Part shown: one piece after another, positions 9,427-19,535 of the stretch | How positions within the stretch are numbered: position 1 is the stretch's first letter | How the letters are laid out: every line of letters begins with the position of its first letter | Assembly: GCA_048886685.1 (NCBI GenBank) | Contig: JBHLKM010000021.1 | Span: forward strand, 1 to 62,889 | Length of the DNA: 62,889 nt | Source of the DNA: Candidatus Hodarchaeota archaeon | GTDB taxonomy: Archaea; Asgardarchaeota; Lokiarchaeia; Sigyniarchaeales; SOKP01 | Direction: 5' to 3' | Position numbers and translations under genes: made by a program | Notes under the pieces: model-generated | What the model saw: the letters and a program-made list of their open reading frames with translations, nothing else | What the model was told of the DNA's origin: nothing | Databases searched by the model: none

Positions 9427-10998
9427 TTGAAGCTTAAAACTGATTTCTTAATTATCGGAAGTGGGATTTCTGGACTTTCTCTAACATGGTATCTCTCTAA
9501 ATTAGTTCCAGATGAAAGAATCCTATTAATCACTAAAGAGAGTCTACATGAAAGTAGTACATATCATGCTCAAGGTGGTATTGCTTGCGTTTGGAATAAT
9601 AATGATAATTTTGAGAAACATATTCAAGATACATTAGTAGCTGGAGATGGTTTATGTGATGAAAAAGTTGTTAGAAAAATTATCACACAGGCCCCAGATA
9701 GGATAAATGATCTAATAGAATTAGGTGTAAATTTTACTCGTAATGCTAGTGGAGAATATGACCTGGGTAAGGAGGGGGGTCACTCAGTAAGAAGAGTTCT
9801 ACATGTGAATGATCAAACAGGACAATCTATTGAACAAACACTTATTAACAATGTGAAAAAATTGCCCAATGTCGATATAAAAGAGAATTGGTGTGCTGTA
9901 AATTTATATGCAAAAAATTTCAAATGTTATGGGGTTTATGCTTTAAACCAAGAAAGTCAGGAAATCCATAATATAGCAGCAAAAGCAACTATTTTGGCGA
10001 CAGGCGGTGCGGGTAAAATTTATCTTTATACAACAAATCCGGATATTGCTTCTGGAGATGGCATTGCGATGGCATACCGTGCTGGGGCGACAATAGCAAA
10101 TATGGAATTTTATCAATTTCATCCAACTTGTTTATACCATCCTTACGCCAAATCATTTCTAATTACCGAAGCTATGAGGGGAGAAGGTGCCGTTTTAAAA
10201 GATATTCGGGGAAATGAATTTATGGCAAATTATCATCCACAAAAGGAACTTGCTCCTCGTGATGTTGTCTCAAGGGCTATTGATGCTGAATTAAAAAGGT
10301 CTGGTGATGATTACGTTTATTTAGATATAGCCACCTATAAAAATCCCGATTTTATCAAAGGTCATTTTCCTGGAATTTATAATACCTGCTTAGATTTTAA
10401 TATTAACATTACAAAACAACCAATTCCCGTTGTTCCTGCTGCTCATTATTGTTGTGGTGGAGTTAAAACGGATATAAATGGTTCTACAGAAGTTGAAAAT
10501 TTGTACGTTATCGGAGAATCGGCTTGTACTGGTTTACATGGAGCCAATAGATTGGCAAGTAATTCATTACTAGAGGGATTAGTTACAGCTTATGAATGTG
10601 CTAATTCTTTAGCAATGGAAATTCGGGATTTAAAAATCAAAGAATTTCCAGTTTGGGAACCAGGAAATGCTGTACCATCTACAGAAGCAGTTGTGCTTAG
10701 TCAGAATTGGGATGAAATAAGAAGGTTTATGTGGAACTATGTTGGTATTGTCAGAACCGATAAACGGTTACAGAGAGCTAAAAAAAGGATAAACTTGCTA
10801 CTTGATGAAATTGATCAATATTATTGGGATTTTAAAATCGAAAAAAATCTCGTAGAATTAAGAAATTTAGCTACTGTTGCGAAAATTATAATTGTAAGCG
10901 CAATTTCAAGGAAAGAAAGCCGTGGAATTCATTATAATTTGGATTATCCTGATAAATCTGAAATGAGTAGACCTACTACTCTAAGAAGACCTTGGTAA
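9427..10998 (+). CDS. nadB: L-aspartate oxidase
   Basis: GSGISG, AQGGIA, EGGHS.RR, QFHPT, EAMRGEG, HGANRLASNSLLEGLV, RKESRG.HY. Confidence 0.93.
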   Translation: MKLKTDFLIIGSGISGLSLTWYLSKLVPDERILLITKESLHESSTYHAQGGIACVWNNNDNFEKHIQDTLVAGDGLCDEKVVRKIITQAPDRINDLIELGVNFTRNASGEYDLGKEGGHSVRRVLHVNDQTGQSIEQTLINNVKKLPNVDIKENWCAVNLYAKNFKCYGVYALNQESQEIHNIAAKATILATGGAGKIYLYTTNPDIASGDGIAMAYRAGATIANMEFYQFHPTCLYHPYAKSFLITEAMRGEGAVLKDIRGNEFMANYHPQKELAPRDVVSRAIDAELKRSGDDYVYLDIATYKNPDFIKGHFPGIYNTCLDFNINITKQPIPVVPAAHYCCGGVKTDINGSTEVENLYVIGESACTGLHGANRLASNSLLEGLVTAYECANSLAMEIRDLKIKEFPVWEPGNAVPSTEAVVLSQNWDEIRRFMWNYVGIVRTDKRLQRAKKRINLLLDEIDQYYWDFKIEKNLVELRNLATVAKIIIVSAISRKESRGIHYNLDYPDKSEMSRPTTLRRPW

Positions 10999-11018
10999 TA
11001 AAGTTATAGAGTTAAGAT

Positions 11019-11903
11019 CTATTTTTCATTTGCCATAGGATTTTTGTCCATGCAAGGGACACCATATTGACAGAAGGCACATCCTACAGGGGGTTTTTGC
11101 TTCATTAATTCCCCTTCAATTCTTCTCCAATGGGGTTTTAGAATTGGACCAAGGCGATCATTCATTTCTGCTTCCACTTTTCTGCCATAAGACCAACATT
11201 TTAATTTATCGTGTCCGTTTTCATTTATAGCCTCAGCAGGGCATTTTTTTTCACATTCCCTGCAAGTACCTTTAGCATAATATAAACAATTACCATAAGG
11301 ATCATTACTTTTGCGAGGGGTTAACTCAAGAGGTGCGTTAGTAATTACGGAACACAGTCGAATATTACATCCTACTTCTGATATAAATCCCTCATGGAGA
11401 CTAAAGGTGCCTAATCCAGCTGCAAAAGCAATATGTCGTTCTGACCAAGATGAAAAAAATCCACGATATATATTAAAAGCTTCACTTAACATACCCGCTG
11501 TGGCTTGAAAACCTTCATTTTGAAAAAAATTGATAGTTTGTCTCATAACCTCTATCTTAAATTCATTTGCATAATTTCTTCCTATACTATATATTTCAGC
11601 AGGCATAACTTTTGCTTTTATACTTGCTTTGCGAATTGCTTTAGTGAATGGACAGATTATTGAAATGATTTGCAGGTTAGAACTATTTTCATCTTGTAAA
11701 TCACTTTCTTTCCATACCTCCGTTGGAGTTAAATGTTTGGGGGAGATTATTTCTTTATATTTTTCAAAAATAGAATCATCTCCCCTCGATACTCCCATTA
11801 TTGGATTTGAAAAGATTCTACCACCTCCATAGCTTTCTGGTAATCGATTCAATTCGCTTCTAGAAAAAAATTCTTCTAAGAATTTTAATAATGATTCGTT
11901 CAT
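11019..11903 (-). CDS. Epoxyqueuosine reductase/reductive dehalogenase-like cobalamin 2x[4Fe-4S] protein
   Basis: WSERHIAFAAGLGTFSL, RLCSVIT, C...CRECEKKCP, CAFCQYGVPC. Confidence 0.8.
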   Translation of the reverse strand: MNESLLKFLEEFFSRSELNRLPESYGGGRIFSNPIMGVSRGDDSIFEKYKEIISPKHLTPTEVWKESDLQDENSSNLQIISIICPFTKAIRKASIKAKVMPAEIYSIGRNYANEFKIEVMRQTINFFQNEGFQATAGMLSEAFNIYRGFFSSWSERHIAFAAGLGTFSLHEGFISEVGCNIRLCSVITNAPLELTPRKSNDPYGNCLYYAKGTCRECEKKCPAEAINENGHDKLKCWSYGRKVEAEMNDRLGPILKPHWRRIEGELMKQKPPVGCAFCQYGVPCMDKNPMANEK

Positions 11904-12010
11904 GATCTAATTCCCATTTACCAATTCACGTGATTTGAATAAGAATAATTAAAAATAGAATAAATTTTTTATTTAATAATGAACAGTCTAAATTTAAATT
12001 ATTTACTAGT

Positions 12011-12826
12011 TTGATTTTTACCTTGAGTATTGGAAAAAGTATTAGAATAGAAAGATTTATTGATCGGAAAACCAAAAGAACAATCATAATACCAATGGAC
12101 CATGGATTGACTTTAGGGACAATTAAGGGATTAGAAGATATTGCCCAAATGGTTGATAAGGTTGCATTAGGTGGAGCGAATGCTGTACTAATGCATTCTG
12201 GCATGGTAGGTGCTGGACATAGGCAATATGGAAAAGATATAGGATTAATAATCCATTTATCTGCAGCAACTGATTTAGCTCCTGATCCAAATAGAAAAGT
12301 ATTAGTATGCTCTGTTGAAAGAGCTTTAAAATTAGGGGCCGATGGAGTTTCAATCCATATAAATATAGGTGCCGATGAAGAACCCGAGATGCTTCAAGAC
12401 GCCAGTAAAGTTGTAGAGGCATCACGGATATGGGGCGTTCCTTTAATTGCAATGATGTACCCTAGAGGGAAAAAAATCAAAGATGAAAATGATCCTGAAG
12501 TAGTAAATATTGCTGTCAGAGCGGGAGTAGAATTAGGTGCAGATATCGTAAAAACAAATTATACTGGTGATATAGAATCTTTTGAGTATATTGTTAAGAG
12601 TGTAAAACATATTCCAGTCATTATTGCAGGAGGTCCCAAAATGGATACTATTCCCGATTTATTACAAATGGTTTATGATTCTTTGCAAGCAGGAGGATCT
12701 GGTGTAGCCTTCGGAAGAAATGTGTTTCAATCAGAAGATCCTACAAAAATTGTAAGTGCTATATCAAAAATTGTTCATAAGAATTATACTGTAGAAGAAG
12801 TGTTAAAAGAATACAAGTTTGACTAA
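12011..12826 (+). CDS. aroA': 2-amino-3,7-dideoxy-D-threo-hept-6-ulosonate synthase (DhnA-type class I aldolase)
   Basis: [32 protein letters not shown] Schiff-base Lys, AGGPK. Confidence 0.75.
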   Translation: MIFTLSIGKSIRIERFIDRKTKRTIIIPMDHGLTLGTIKGLEDIAQMVDKVALGGANAVLMHSGMVGAGHRQYGKDIGLIIHLSAATDLAPDPNRKVLVCSVERALKLGADGVSIHINIGADEEPEMLQDASKVVEASRIWGVPLIAMMYPRGKKIKDENDPEVVNIAVRAGVELGADIVKTNYTGDIESFEYIVKSVKHIPVIIAGGPKMDTIPDLLQMVYDSLQAGGSGVAFGRNVFQSEDPTKIVSAISKIVHKNYTVEEVLKEYKFD

Positions 12827-14117
12827 AATTTACTTAATCCTAAATACAATGAAATCTGAAAAAATTTATAGCCTTTTTCTAAAAGAAATTGAAAATCAAG
12901 AAAGAAAAACTTCAAGTAAAAGGAAAGGATTTAGAGTGATTATCTCCTTCGAAAATATTTCAAAACGAGATAAATATATTTCAAAGTATAAAAAAATAGA
13001 GATCTTAAATAAATTCGATTTAATCCCTTCTCTAATTACCTATTTGGATAGAGAACAAATTCTAAAATATGAAAAAGAGGATTTAATAACAAAAATCGAA
13101 GAGGACCAAAGATTATTCCTTTCTATTCTAGATATAAACAAAATTTTAAATTTGAATAGATGCAAAAACTCCCAAATTCCACGTACAGGTAGAAATGTAA
13201 GTATTGGTATTATTGATGATGGAATTAATAATAATTTTATGTCAATAGCTCCTGTTTCGAAAAAAAATGTCAATAGCAGAGAGTTTAAAAAAAGTGCTGG
13301 GAGTGAAATTACTCATGGAACGATAATGGCAAGTATAATTGGAAACCAAATTAAAGAATCCAGCAATATCCCGATTGGTATTGCTCCAGATGTTAAATTA
13401 TTTGATTTTGATATTTCTAATTCAAAAAGCGAATATTTTTTTTCGAATATATTACAAATTTTCGATAATATTACTAAGGAAAATATTGAAATTGACATTC
13501 TATTAATTTCTTTAACGTCTAAACATCCTTCTGATGGTATGGATATTTTATCACAAGCTTGTGATATCTTAGTTGATAGGGGAATTTTAATTGTGTGCCC
13601 TGCTGGAAATTATGGTCCCAAAGAAACATCCATTGGGAGTCCCAGTGCCGCAAAGAAAGTAATTTCTTTCGGATCTCTAACAAAAGAGCTCACAATAACT
13701 AGACATAGTGGAAGAGGTCCTACTATTGACAATAGGATAAAACCAGATTTCTGTTTACCAGGCTCAAAAATAAAAATACCTTTATCAAATGAATTACAAG
13801 TAAAGGTAACAGGTACAAGTGTTGCGGCAGCAATCGGGGCTGGTCTAGTTGCTTTATTAAAGGAATTTAAACCAGATGCGTCTCATAGTGAAATTTTTAA
13901 TCTATTAAAAAATTCTTCTCGTAACTTAGAATTGGATAAGTTTTCTCAAGGATATGGAATGCCAAATATCATAACTATATTCGAAGATCTAAATTTAATT
14001 CCTGAAAGAATAATCCCATATAATTATTTAATTAGACATTCAATCAAAATTGCAATTGAAATTATTTTTGTTCTAATCATAATCTTCTACTTATTCTATT
14101 TCTTTAGGATTACATAA
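12819..14117 (+). CDS. S8 subtilisin-like serine protease with C-terminal TM anchor
   Basis: IIDDG / HGT / GTSVAA triad, PAGN oxyanion hole, SGRGP..D.RIKPD; likely start ATG 12849. Confidence 0.85.
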   Translation: MTKIYLILNTMKSEKIYSLFLKEIENQERKTSSKRKGFRVIISFENISKRDKYISKYKKIEILNKFDLIPSLITYLDREQILKYEKEDLITKIEEDQRLFLSILDINKILNLNRCKNSQIPRTGRNVSIGIIDDGINNNFMSIAPVSKKNVNSREFKKSAGSEITHGTIMASIIGNQIKESSNIPIGIAPDVKLFDFDISNSKSEYFFSNILQIFDNITKENIEIDILLISLTSKHPSDGMDILSQACDILVDRGILIVCPAGNYGPKETSIGSPSAAKKVISFGSLTKELTITRHSGRGPTIDNRIKPDFCLPGSKIKIPLSNELQVKVTGTSVAAAIGAGLVALLKEFKPDASHSEIFNLLKNSSRNLELDKFSQGYGMPNIITIFEDLNLIPERIIPYNYLIRHSIKIAIEIIFVLIIIFYLFYFFRIT

Positions 14118-14245
14118 TGAATTTCTAAAATGAACAAAAACCAATCAAACTCATTTTTTTTTTGTTTTTATAATTCAAAATTATTCCTTTAATAATTCAA
14201 ATGTTAAATATTTAATATCTAACTAGTTTAATTTTAAATAGCACC

Positions 14246-14986
14246 ATGAACCAAATTGAACAAGTTCATATAATTGTAGATCATAGAGAAAATAAATTAA
14301 AAGCTCTTTTGGATAAAAAAAAGGATAAAATCGTTTATGAATCAAAACAATTAGATATTGCTGATATTGTTATTTCTAGTGAAGTAGCAATAGAAAGAAA
14401 GGAAGGTTTCGATTTTGTTTCTTCAATAATGGATAATAGGTTATTTGAACAATTATTACGTCTTAGAGAAACGTATCGATACCCCATTTTAATTTTAGAA
14501 GGTTTGAATGATGAGGTTTTTGAAAATACTGGTATGAATATCTCTTCAATATATGGTGCTCTTTCATACATTTCTTACAAGTTAGGGATTTCTGTAATTC
14601 CCACTAGAAATTTAGAAGATACAGTAATCGTTGTTGAGAGAATTGCATACCGTGAACAAGTTAAAGACAATATGCCATTATTATCACGAAAAGCACCTAA
14701 AGAGATGGCCAAAAAAGAAAGAAGATCTTTTATTATTGAAGGTTTGGTTGATATCGGTCCAAAAAAAGCTAAGACATTGATAGATAAGTATAAAACGCCT
14801 TATCAAGTATTTAAAGCTATAAAACATACTGAAATCTTATATACGAAAACGGGAAATCCGAAAGGTATTCAAGGTCCACTTGAGGAATTAACGGGTTTTG
14901 GTTGGAAATTTATAGAAAAAAACCAAAAAATTCTTTTTGGAAAAAAGAAAAAAGATCCTCAAAAAAGAATTAATGAAATATATTGA
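14246..14986 (+). CDS. xpf: ERCC4-domain (XPF/Mus81-type) structure-specific endonuclease, short form
   Basis: VDHRE, DIVIS..VAIERKEGFD, HhH IGPKKA, C-terminal PIP-like QKRINEIY. Confidence 0.85.
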   Translation: MNQIEQVHIIVDHRENKLKALLDKKKDKIVYESKQLDIADIVISSEVAIERKEGFDFVSSIMDNRLFEQLLRLRETYRYPILILEGLNDEVFENTGMNISSIYGALSYISYKLGISVIPTRNLEDTVIVVERIAYREQVKDNMPLLSRKAPKEMAKKERRSFIIEGLVDIGPKKAKTLIDKYKTPYQVFKAIKHTEILYTKTGNPKGIQGPLEELTGFGWKFIEKNQKILFGKKKKDPQKRINEIY

Positions 14987-15071
14987 TCATTGTTAAAGTA
15001 TAAGCCTTTTTATTTTTCTGACTAATTTGTAAAGAAAAACTCAATCTAAAAGGTTTTACATAAAGAAAATA

Positions 15072-15887
15072 TTGAAAAATTATAATATGATCATTTATCT
15101 CTCATTAATCGCAATTTTTTTCTCGAGTATGGTTTATGGTATTATTGGTTTTGGGGATGCATTAGTACTAATTCCTATTATAACACCAATCATTGGAATA
15201 AGAAATGCAGTTATATTAATCAATCTGTGGGGTACTCTTCCAGCTTTACTTAATTTTATTAAATATCGGGAATATTTAGATAAAGCATATTTTTATCGAT
15301 TCTTATCATTAGGAATTCCTGCTACAATTTTAGCAACGTATTTAGTAATAAATATTAAACTAGAATGGATTGAATTAACCTTTGGGATATTTGTTTTAAT
15401 TTATTCATCTCTAAAACTTTCACAATATATTAAAAACCGCTCGAATGCAAAATTCAATAACTCTAGTGATATCTTAGACGTCAAGATAGATGATAAGATA
15501 AGTTCATCTTCACCATTCATTATTTTTGGAGGTTTTTCTTATGGTTTGTTAACAGGTTTAATTAGTGCAGCAGGACCACTTAATGTGGCATTGTTGGAAA
15601 AAACTGGTCATTATCGGGAACAGTTTATCGAAAATTTCGCAGCTATTGGAACTATGCTTTCCATTTCAAGAATCCCTATTTATTTTATTGAAGATGAAAT
15701 ATTTCCATATGATTTATTACTTTTATTTTTTTTAGCATTCCCTATAATATTTCTTGGAACTAAAGTTGGTCAACAGATAACCCCAAAAATACCGGTGAAG
15801 AAATTTCAGATTATTATATTTTATTTTCTTTTAGGAGTTGGCTTAAAATCAATTATTACATCAATTATTAGTCTTACTTTAGGTTAA
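15072..15887 (+). CDS. TauE/SafE family membrane protein
   Basis: G..GFG.ALV.IP and G...GL...AGP repeated motifs, about 8 TM. Confidence 0.85.
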   Translation: MKNYNMIIYLSLIAIFFSSMVYGIIGFGDALVLIPIITPIIGIRNAVILINLWGTLPALLNFIKYREYLDKAYFYRFLSLGIPATILATYLVINIKLEWIELTFGIFVLIYSSLKLSQYIKNRSNAKFNNSSDILDVKIDDKISSSSPFIIFGGFSYGLLTGLISAAGPLNVALLEKTGHYREQFIENFAAIGTMLSISRIPIYFIEDEIFPYDLLLLFFLAFPIIFLGTKVGQQITPKIPVKKFQIIIFYFLLGVGLKSIITSIISLTLG

Positions 15888-15961
15888 ATAAAATAGGAAT
15901 ACAAAAAAATTGAGAGAAATTTTTTTATATTAAATTAATAGAATAAAATTAGAAAAAGTAA

Positions 15962-16423
15962 ATGCAAGTGAAAAAAATGCGAAGGTCAAAATTGGAACTT
16001 GGGTCATTTTTCATGTTATTTATGGGATTCTTTATCTTAATAATGTCTGTGTTATGGATATTTCTAACTGAGATAATGTTTGTGAGTGATTTTAAATGGT
16101 ATACAGGTCAAAACTATGCAGATTATTTAGATATTAGTCGGAAATTTGCTGAAATTTATATTATTACGAAAAAATTGATTGGATTTATATTGTTAGCGAA
16201 TGGTGTTTTAGTTATTTTTATTACTCAGAGAAGTTATCGAAAAGCTGAAAAATGGTCATGGTTTGCACTTCTAATAAGTGGTTCTATGACTTGGGGAACT
16301 TTTATAATGTATAAAATCTTTATTGGATATCTAGGTGGAACTATGATTACATTCGTAGTTGGAGCTACACTTCTTGCTTTAGGTTTAGTTTTTCCAGCAA
16401 AAGAAATATTAAGTGGGAAATAA
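15962..16423 (+). CDS. Hypothetical 4-TM membrane protein
   Basis: Hydrophobic segments; YRK.EKWSW motif. Confidence 0.65.
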   Translation: MQVKKMRRSKLELGSFFMLFMGFFILIMSVLWIFLTEIMFVSDFKWYTGQNYADYLDISRKFAEIYIITKKLIGFILLANGVLVIFITQRSYRKAEKWSWFALLISGSMTWGTFIMYKIFIGYLGGTMITFVVGATLLALGLVFPAKEILSGK

Positions 16424-16473
16424 GCAAAAAATTGAGATCACTGAATGAATAATAAGAAAATAAAAAAAAAAGA

Positions 16474-17733
16474 TTATAGCAATCCAATATACCGTTGTAT
16501 TTGTCCTTGTATTAAAAGAAGCTGTATATTTCTTGCTCCTCCGATAACTTCTTCGATTTTACTTACATCACATAACTCATCAACTGGAGTATTATCAGTT
16601 ACACTAACACCTCCCATGTGCTGCTGAATCTCATAGCAGATTTCATGAGTTAATTTTGCAACATAATATTTACCTTGTGATGAAATAGCAGCCACCCATT
16701 TTCCTGCTTCTTTCGAAGGTTCCTCAGCAAATAAGATTTTATCATCGTACACAGTTGCCGCTTGGAGAGCTAATGCAGTTGCGGCATTAGATTTTGTTAA
16801 TAAATCTGCTAAACCATACCCTACACCCTGATATCTGACTACAGGTTTACCGAATTGTTTTCTTAAATTGGTATAAATAATACCATAAATTACACCAGCC
16901 CAACAAATACCAACTCCGCTTCCCATTATTGAAAGTCTCTCAGGTACTAATCCTTCAAAAAGTCTTTTATATCCTAATCCATCATCCGCGAGGATATAAT
17001 CTTTAGGAACTTTAACATCATCTAATATAGTGTGTGCAATATGAACTCGTGGTACAGAATTGATTTTCAAACGCTCAGTTTTCACACCAAATTCCCGAGC
17101 AATAATAGCTTGTACCATTGTGTCTCTTGGATTTTGTTCATCATAAACTCCATAACAACAGAAATAATCTGCTTTAGGTCCATTGGTTGTATAGACTTTT
17201 TCACCATTATAAATTACGCCATCATCTGTTTTTGTGCATGTAGTTGTCATATTTACTGCATCTGAACCTCTCTCAGGTTCAGTAATACCAATACAACCAA
17301 TTTTTTGCCCCGATAATAATTCATCCTGGACTTTAAGTGGTAAGTCAGATCCCCCTCCATGTTCATAATAATGAAACGTAGGATTCCCGCATAAAATTCC
17401 ACTTGCTACCCGTGCTAATTCTAATTGTGGATCTAGCATTGAAATATGGGCGCCTAATAATATTTCCTTTTTCATTCCAAAAGGTTTAAAGTCTTTCCAA
17501 GGATTAATACGCTGTATATAACCATATTTTCCAAGTTCCGGTAATAAACCGTATACATCTTTAGAACGATCGATTCTAGGATTTAATTCAATACAAAACT
17601 CTTGAAGCCCATCGCAATACTCTCGTTCTTCTTTATTTAACATAGGATAAACATTGTCATTGAAAATTTTGAAGACATTTTCCAATGACATTTTCTCAAG
17701 AATTTCATCATTAATAATTTTTTCTTGAAACAT
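16474..17733 (-). CDS. Acyl-CoA dehydrogenase
   Basis: ITEPERGSD, NGEKVYTTNG, RKQFGKP, QHMGG. Confidence 0.93.
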   Translation of the reverse strand: MFQEKIINDEILEKMSLENVFKIFNDNVYPMLNKEEREYCDGLQEFCIELNPRIDRSKDVYGLLPELGKYGYIQRINPWKDFKPFGMKKEILLGAHISMLDPQLELARVASGILCGNPTFHYYEHGGGSDLPLKVQDELLSGQKIGCIGITEPERGSDAVNMTTTCTKTDDGVIYNGEKVYTTNGPKADYFCCYGVYDEQNPRDTMVQAIIAREFGVKTERLKINSVPRVHIAHTILDDVKVPKDYILADDGLGYKRLFEGLVPERLSIMGSGVGICWAGVIYGIIYTNLRKQFGKPVVRYQGVGYGLADLLTKSNAATALALQAATVYDDKILFAEEPSKEAGKWVAAISSQGKYYVAKLTHEICYEIQQHMGGVSVTDNTPVDELCDVSKIEEVIGGARNIQLLLIQGQIQRYIGLL

Positions 17734-17916
17734 ATTTTCGCCAAATATTCTTATCTAATTATTGAATTTGAAAGATATAACATTAATTAGGTTATATTTT
17801 TTATCTAAAATAAAGTTTTAATATGAATTTAGAATTAGTGGGAACAATTTCCTATATACGAACTAAATATTCCTTAGAGTTTAATTTTTAAAAAATAAAA
17901 AGATAAAAAAATGAAT

Positions 17917-18681
17917 TTAATTATTAGTAATTACTGTTTCAATAATTTTGCCATCTCGCATTTTTAGCATTCTTTCGGCAAGAGCACCAACCATAGGGTC
18001 GTGTGTTACCATTAAAATCGTTTGATTAAGTTCTAAATTAAGTTCTCGCAGCAATTTAACTATCTCCAATCCCATTTTTGTATCGAGTTCGCCCGTTGGT
18101 TCATCAGCAATTAAGATGGAAGGTTCATTACTCAACGCACGAGCGATAGCAACTCTTTGTTGTTCTCCACCTGAAAGTTCAGAAGGTAGATGATCTTTCT
18201 TTTTGCTTAAACCAACCAGATCAAGAAATTTGTTGACATTTTTGTTTATTTCTTGCTTGGTTCTAGCTGCAAATATCATTGGAAGCTCCACATTTTCAAA
18301 TGCTGAAAGAACCGGTACTAGATTATAAAATTGAAAAATGAAGCCAATTTCTTTTAATCTTAAATTTGTACGTAGTTCCTCATTCATATGAGCTATATTT
18401 GTTCTATTGATGTAAACGGCACCACTACTAGGATTATCGAGAGCTCCAATCATATTTAGAAGTGTGGTTTTTCCAGAACCTGATGGACCCATAACAGACA
18501 CGAATTCCCCCTTCTTAATGTTTATGCTGACACCATTTAGAGCTCTGATTTCAATACCCTCAGTTATATTATAGATTTTTGTCAGATCAAATGTTTGGAT
18601 CATTGCTTCAGGATCTAATTCATAACCTTTTAGATCTTGAAGTATTGAGTCCTGTTTTTTACTCTTTTTTATTTTTCTCAT
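17917..18681 (-). CDS. ABC ATP-binding protein (LolD/MacB family)
   Basis: GPSGSGKTT, LSGGEQQRV, ADEPTGELD. Confidence 0.95.
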   Translation of the reverse strand: MRKIKKSKKQDSILQDLKGYELDPEAMIQTFDLTKIYNITEGIEIRALNGVSINIKKGEFVSVMGPSGSGKTTLLNMIGALDNPSSGAVYINRTNIAHMNEELRTNLRLKEIGFIFQFYNLVPVLSAFENVELPMIFAARTKQEINKNVNKFLDLVGLSKKKDHLPSELSGGEQQRVAIARALSNEPSILIADEPTGELDTKMGLEIVKLLRELNLELNQTILMVTHDPMVGALAERMLKMRDGKIIETVITNN

Positions 18682-18700
18682 CTCCTATGCCTCAAATTTG

Positions 18701-19501
18701 TTATTTATATATATCTTCAATTGATTTTCCACCTTTTTTTTCTCCTGTAAATTCTCCATCAGTAAGAGTAATAATCCTATCTGCTACTTCTGCTATTCGT
18801 ACATTATGGGTAACCATTAAAATTGACTCTCCAGTGTTCTTTAAATCAAGAAAAATCTTCATTATGTTGGTGGTTGTTTCCGTGTCGAGCTCACCTGTTG
18901 GTTCATCGGCAAGAATGATAAGTGGATCATTGACTAAAGCTCTAGCTACCGTAACTCTTTGTTGTTCTCCACCCGACATCTGTGTTGGTAGATGTTCCAT
19001 TCTATCCACTAAACCAATTCTTTTTAAAAGACTTTTAACTTTTTCTTCTCTCAACTTAGGATTCTTTTTATCAATTACCATTGGTAACTCTACATTCTCG
19101 AAAGCTGTAAGAATAGGAAAAAGATTATAGAATTGGAAAATTAAACCAATTTTTCTCAACCTCATTTTTTTATGCTGTTTATTAGTCATATGCATTATAT
19201 CAAGCCCCATTCCTTTAGCATCAACATTATAAATAATTTCACCTGAATCTGGGAAATCAAGAGCACCCAAGCAATTGATTAAAGTTGTTTTTCCTGAACC
19301 AGATGGTCCTACAATCGCAATGAATTCACCTTTTCTAACTGTCAGATTAACTTTATTTAGAGCTGTAATTGTTGAATTACCTACGGTGTAGGTTTTGACA
19401 AGATCTTTTACAGTAAGAACAATATTAGGATCGACTTCAACTGCTTTTGCCGTTGCTCTTCGTTGTTTATTCATCCTTATTTTTTTCTTTTCAATTGACA
19501 T
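18701..19501 (-). CDS. ABC ATP-binding protein (LolD/MacB family)
   Basis: GPSGSGKTT, MSGGEQQRV, ADEPTGELD. Confidence 0.95.
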   Translation of the reverse strand: MSIEKKKIRMNKQRRATAKAVEVDPNIVLTVKDLVKTYTVGNSTITALNKVNLTVRKGEFIAIVGPSGSGKTTLINCLGALDFPDSGEIIYNVDAKGMGLDIMHMTNKQHKKMRLRKIGLIFQFYNLFPILTAFENVELPMVIDKKNPKLREEKVKSLLKRIGLVDRMEHLPTQMSGGEQQRVTVARALVNDPLIILADEPTGELDTETTTNIMKIFLDLKNTGESILMVTHNVRIAEVADRIITLTDGEFTGEKKGGKSIEDIYK

Positions 19502-19535
19502 TTTTACACCATTTTTTATTTAATAAATTAAAAAT

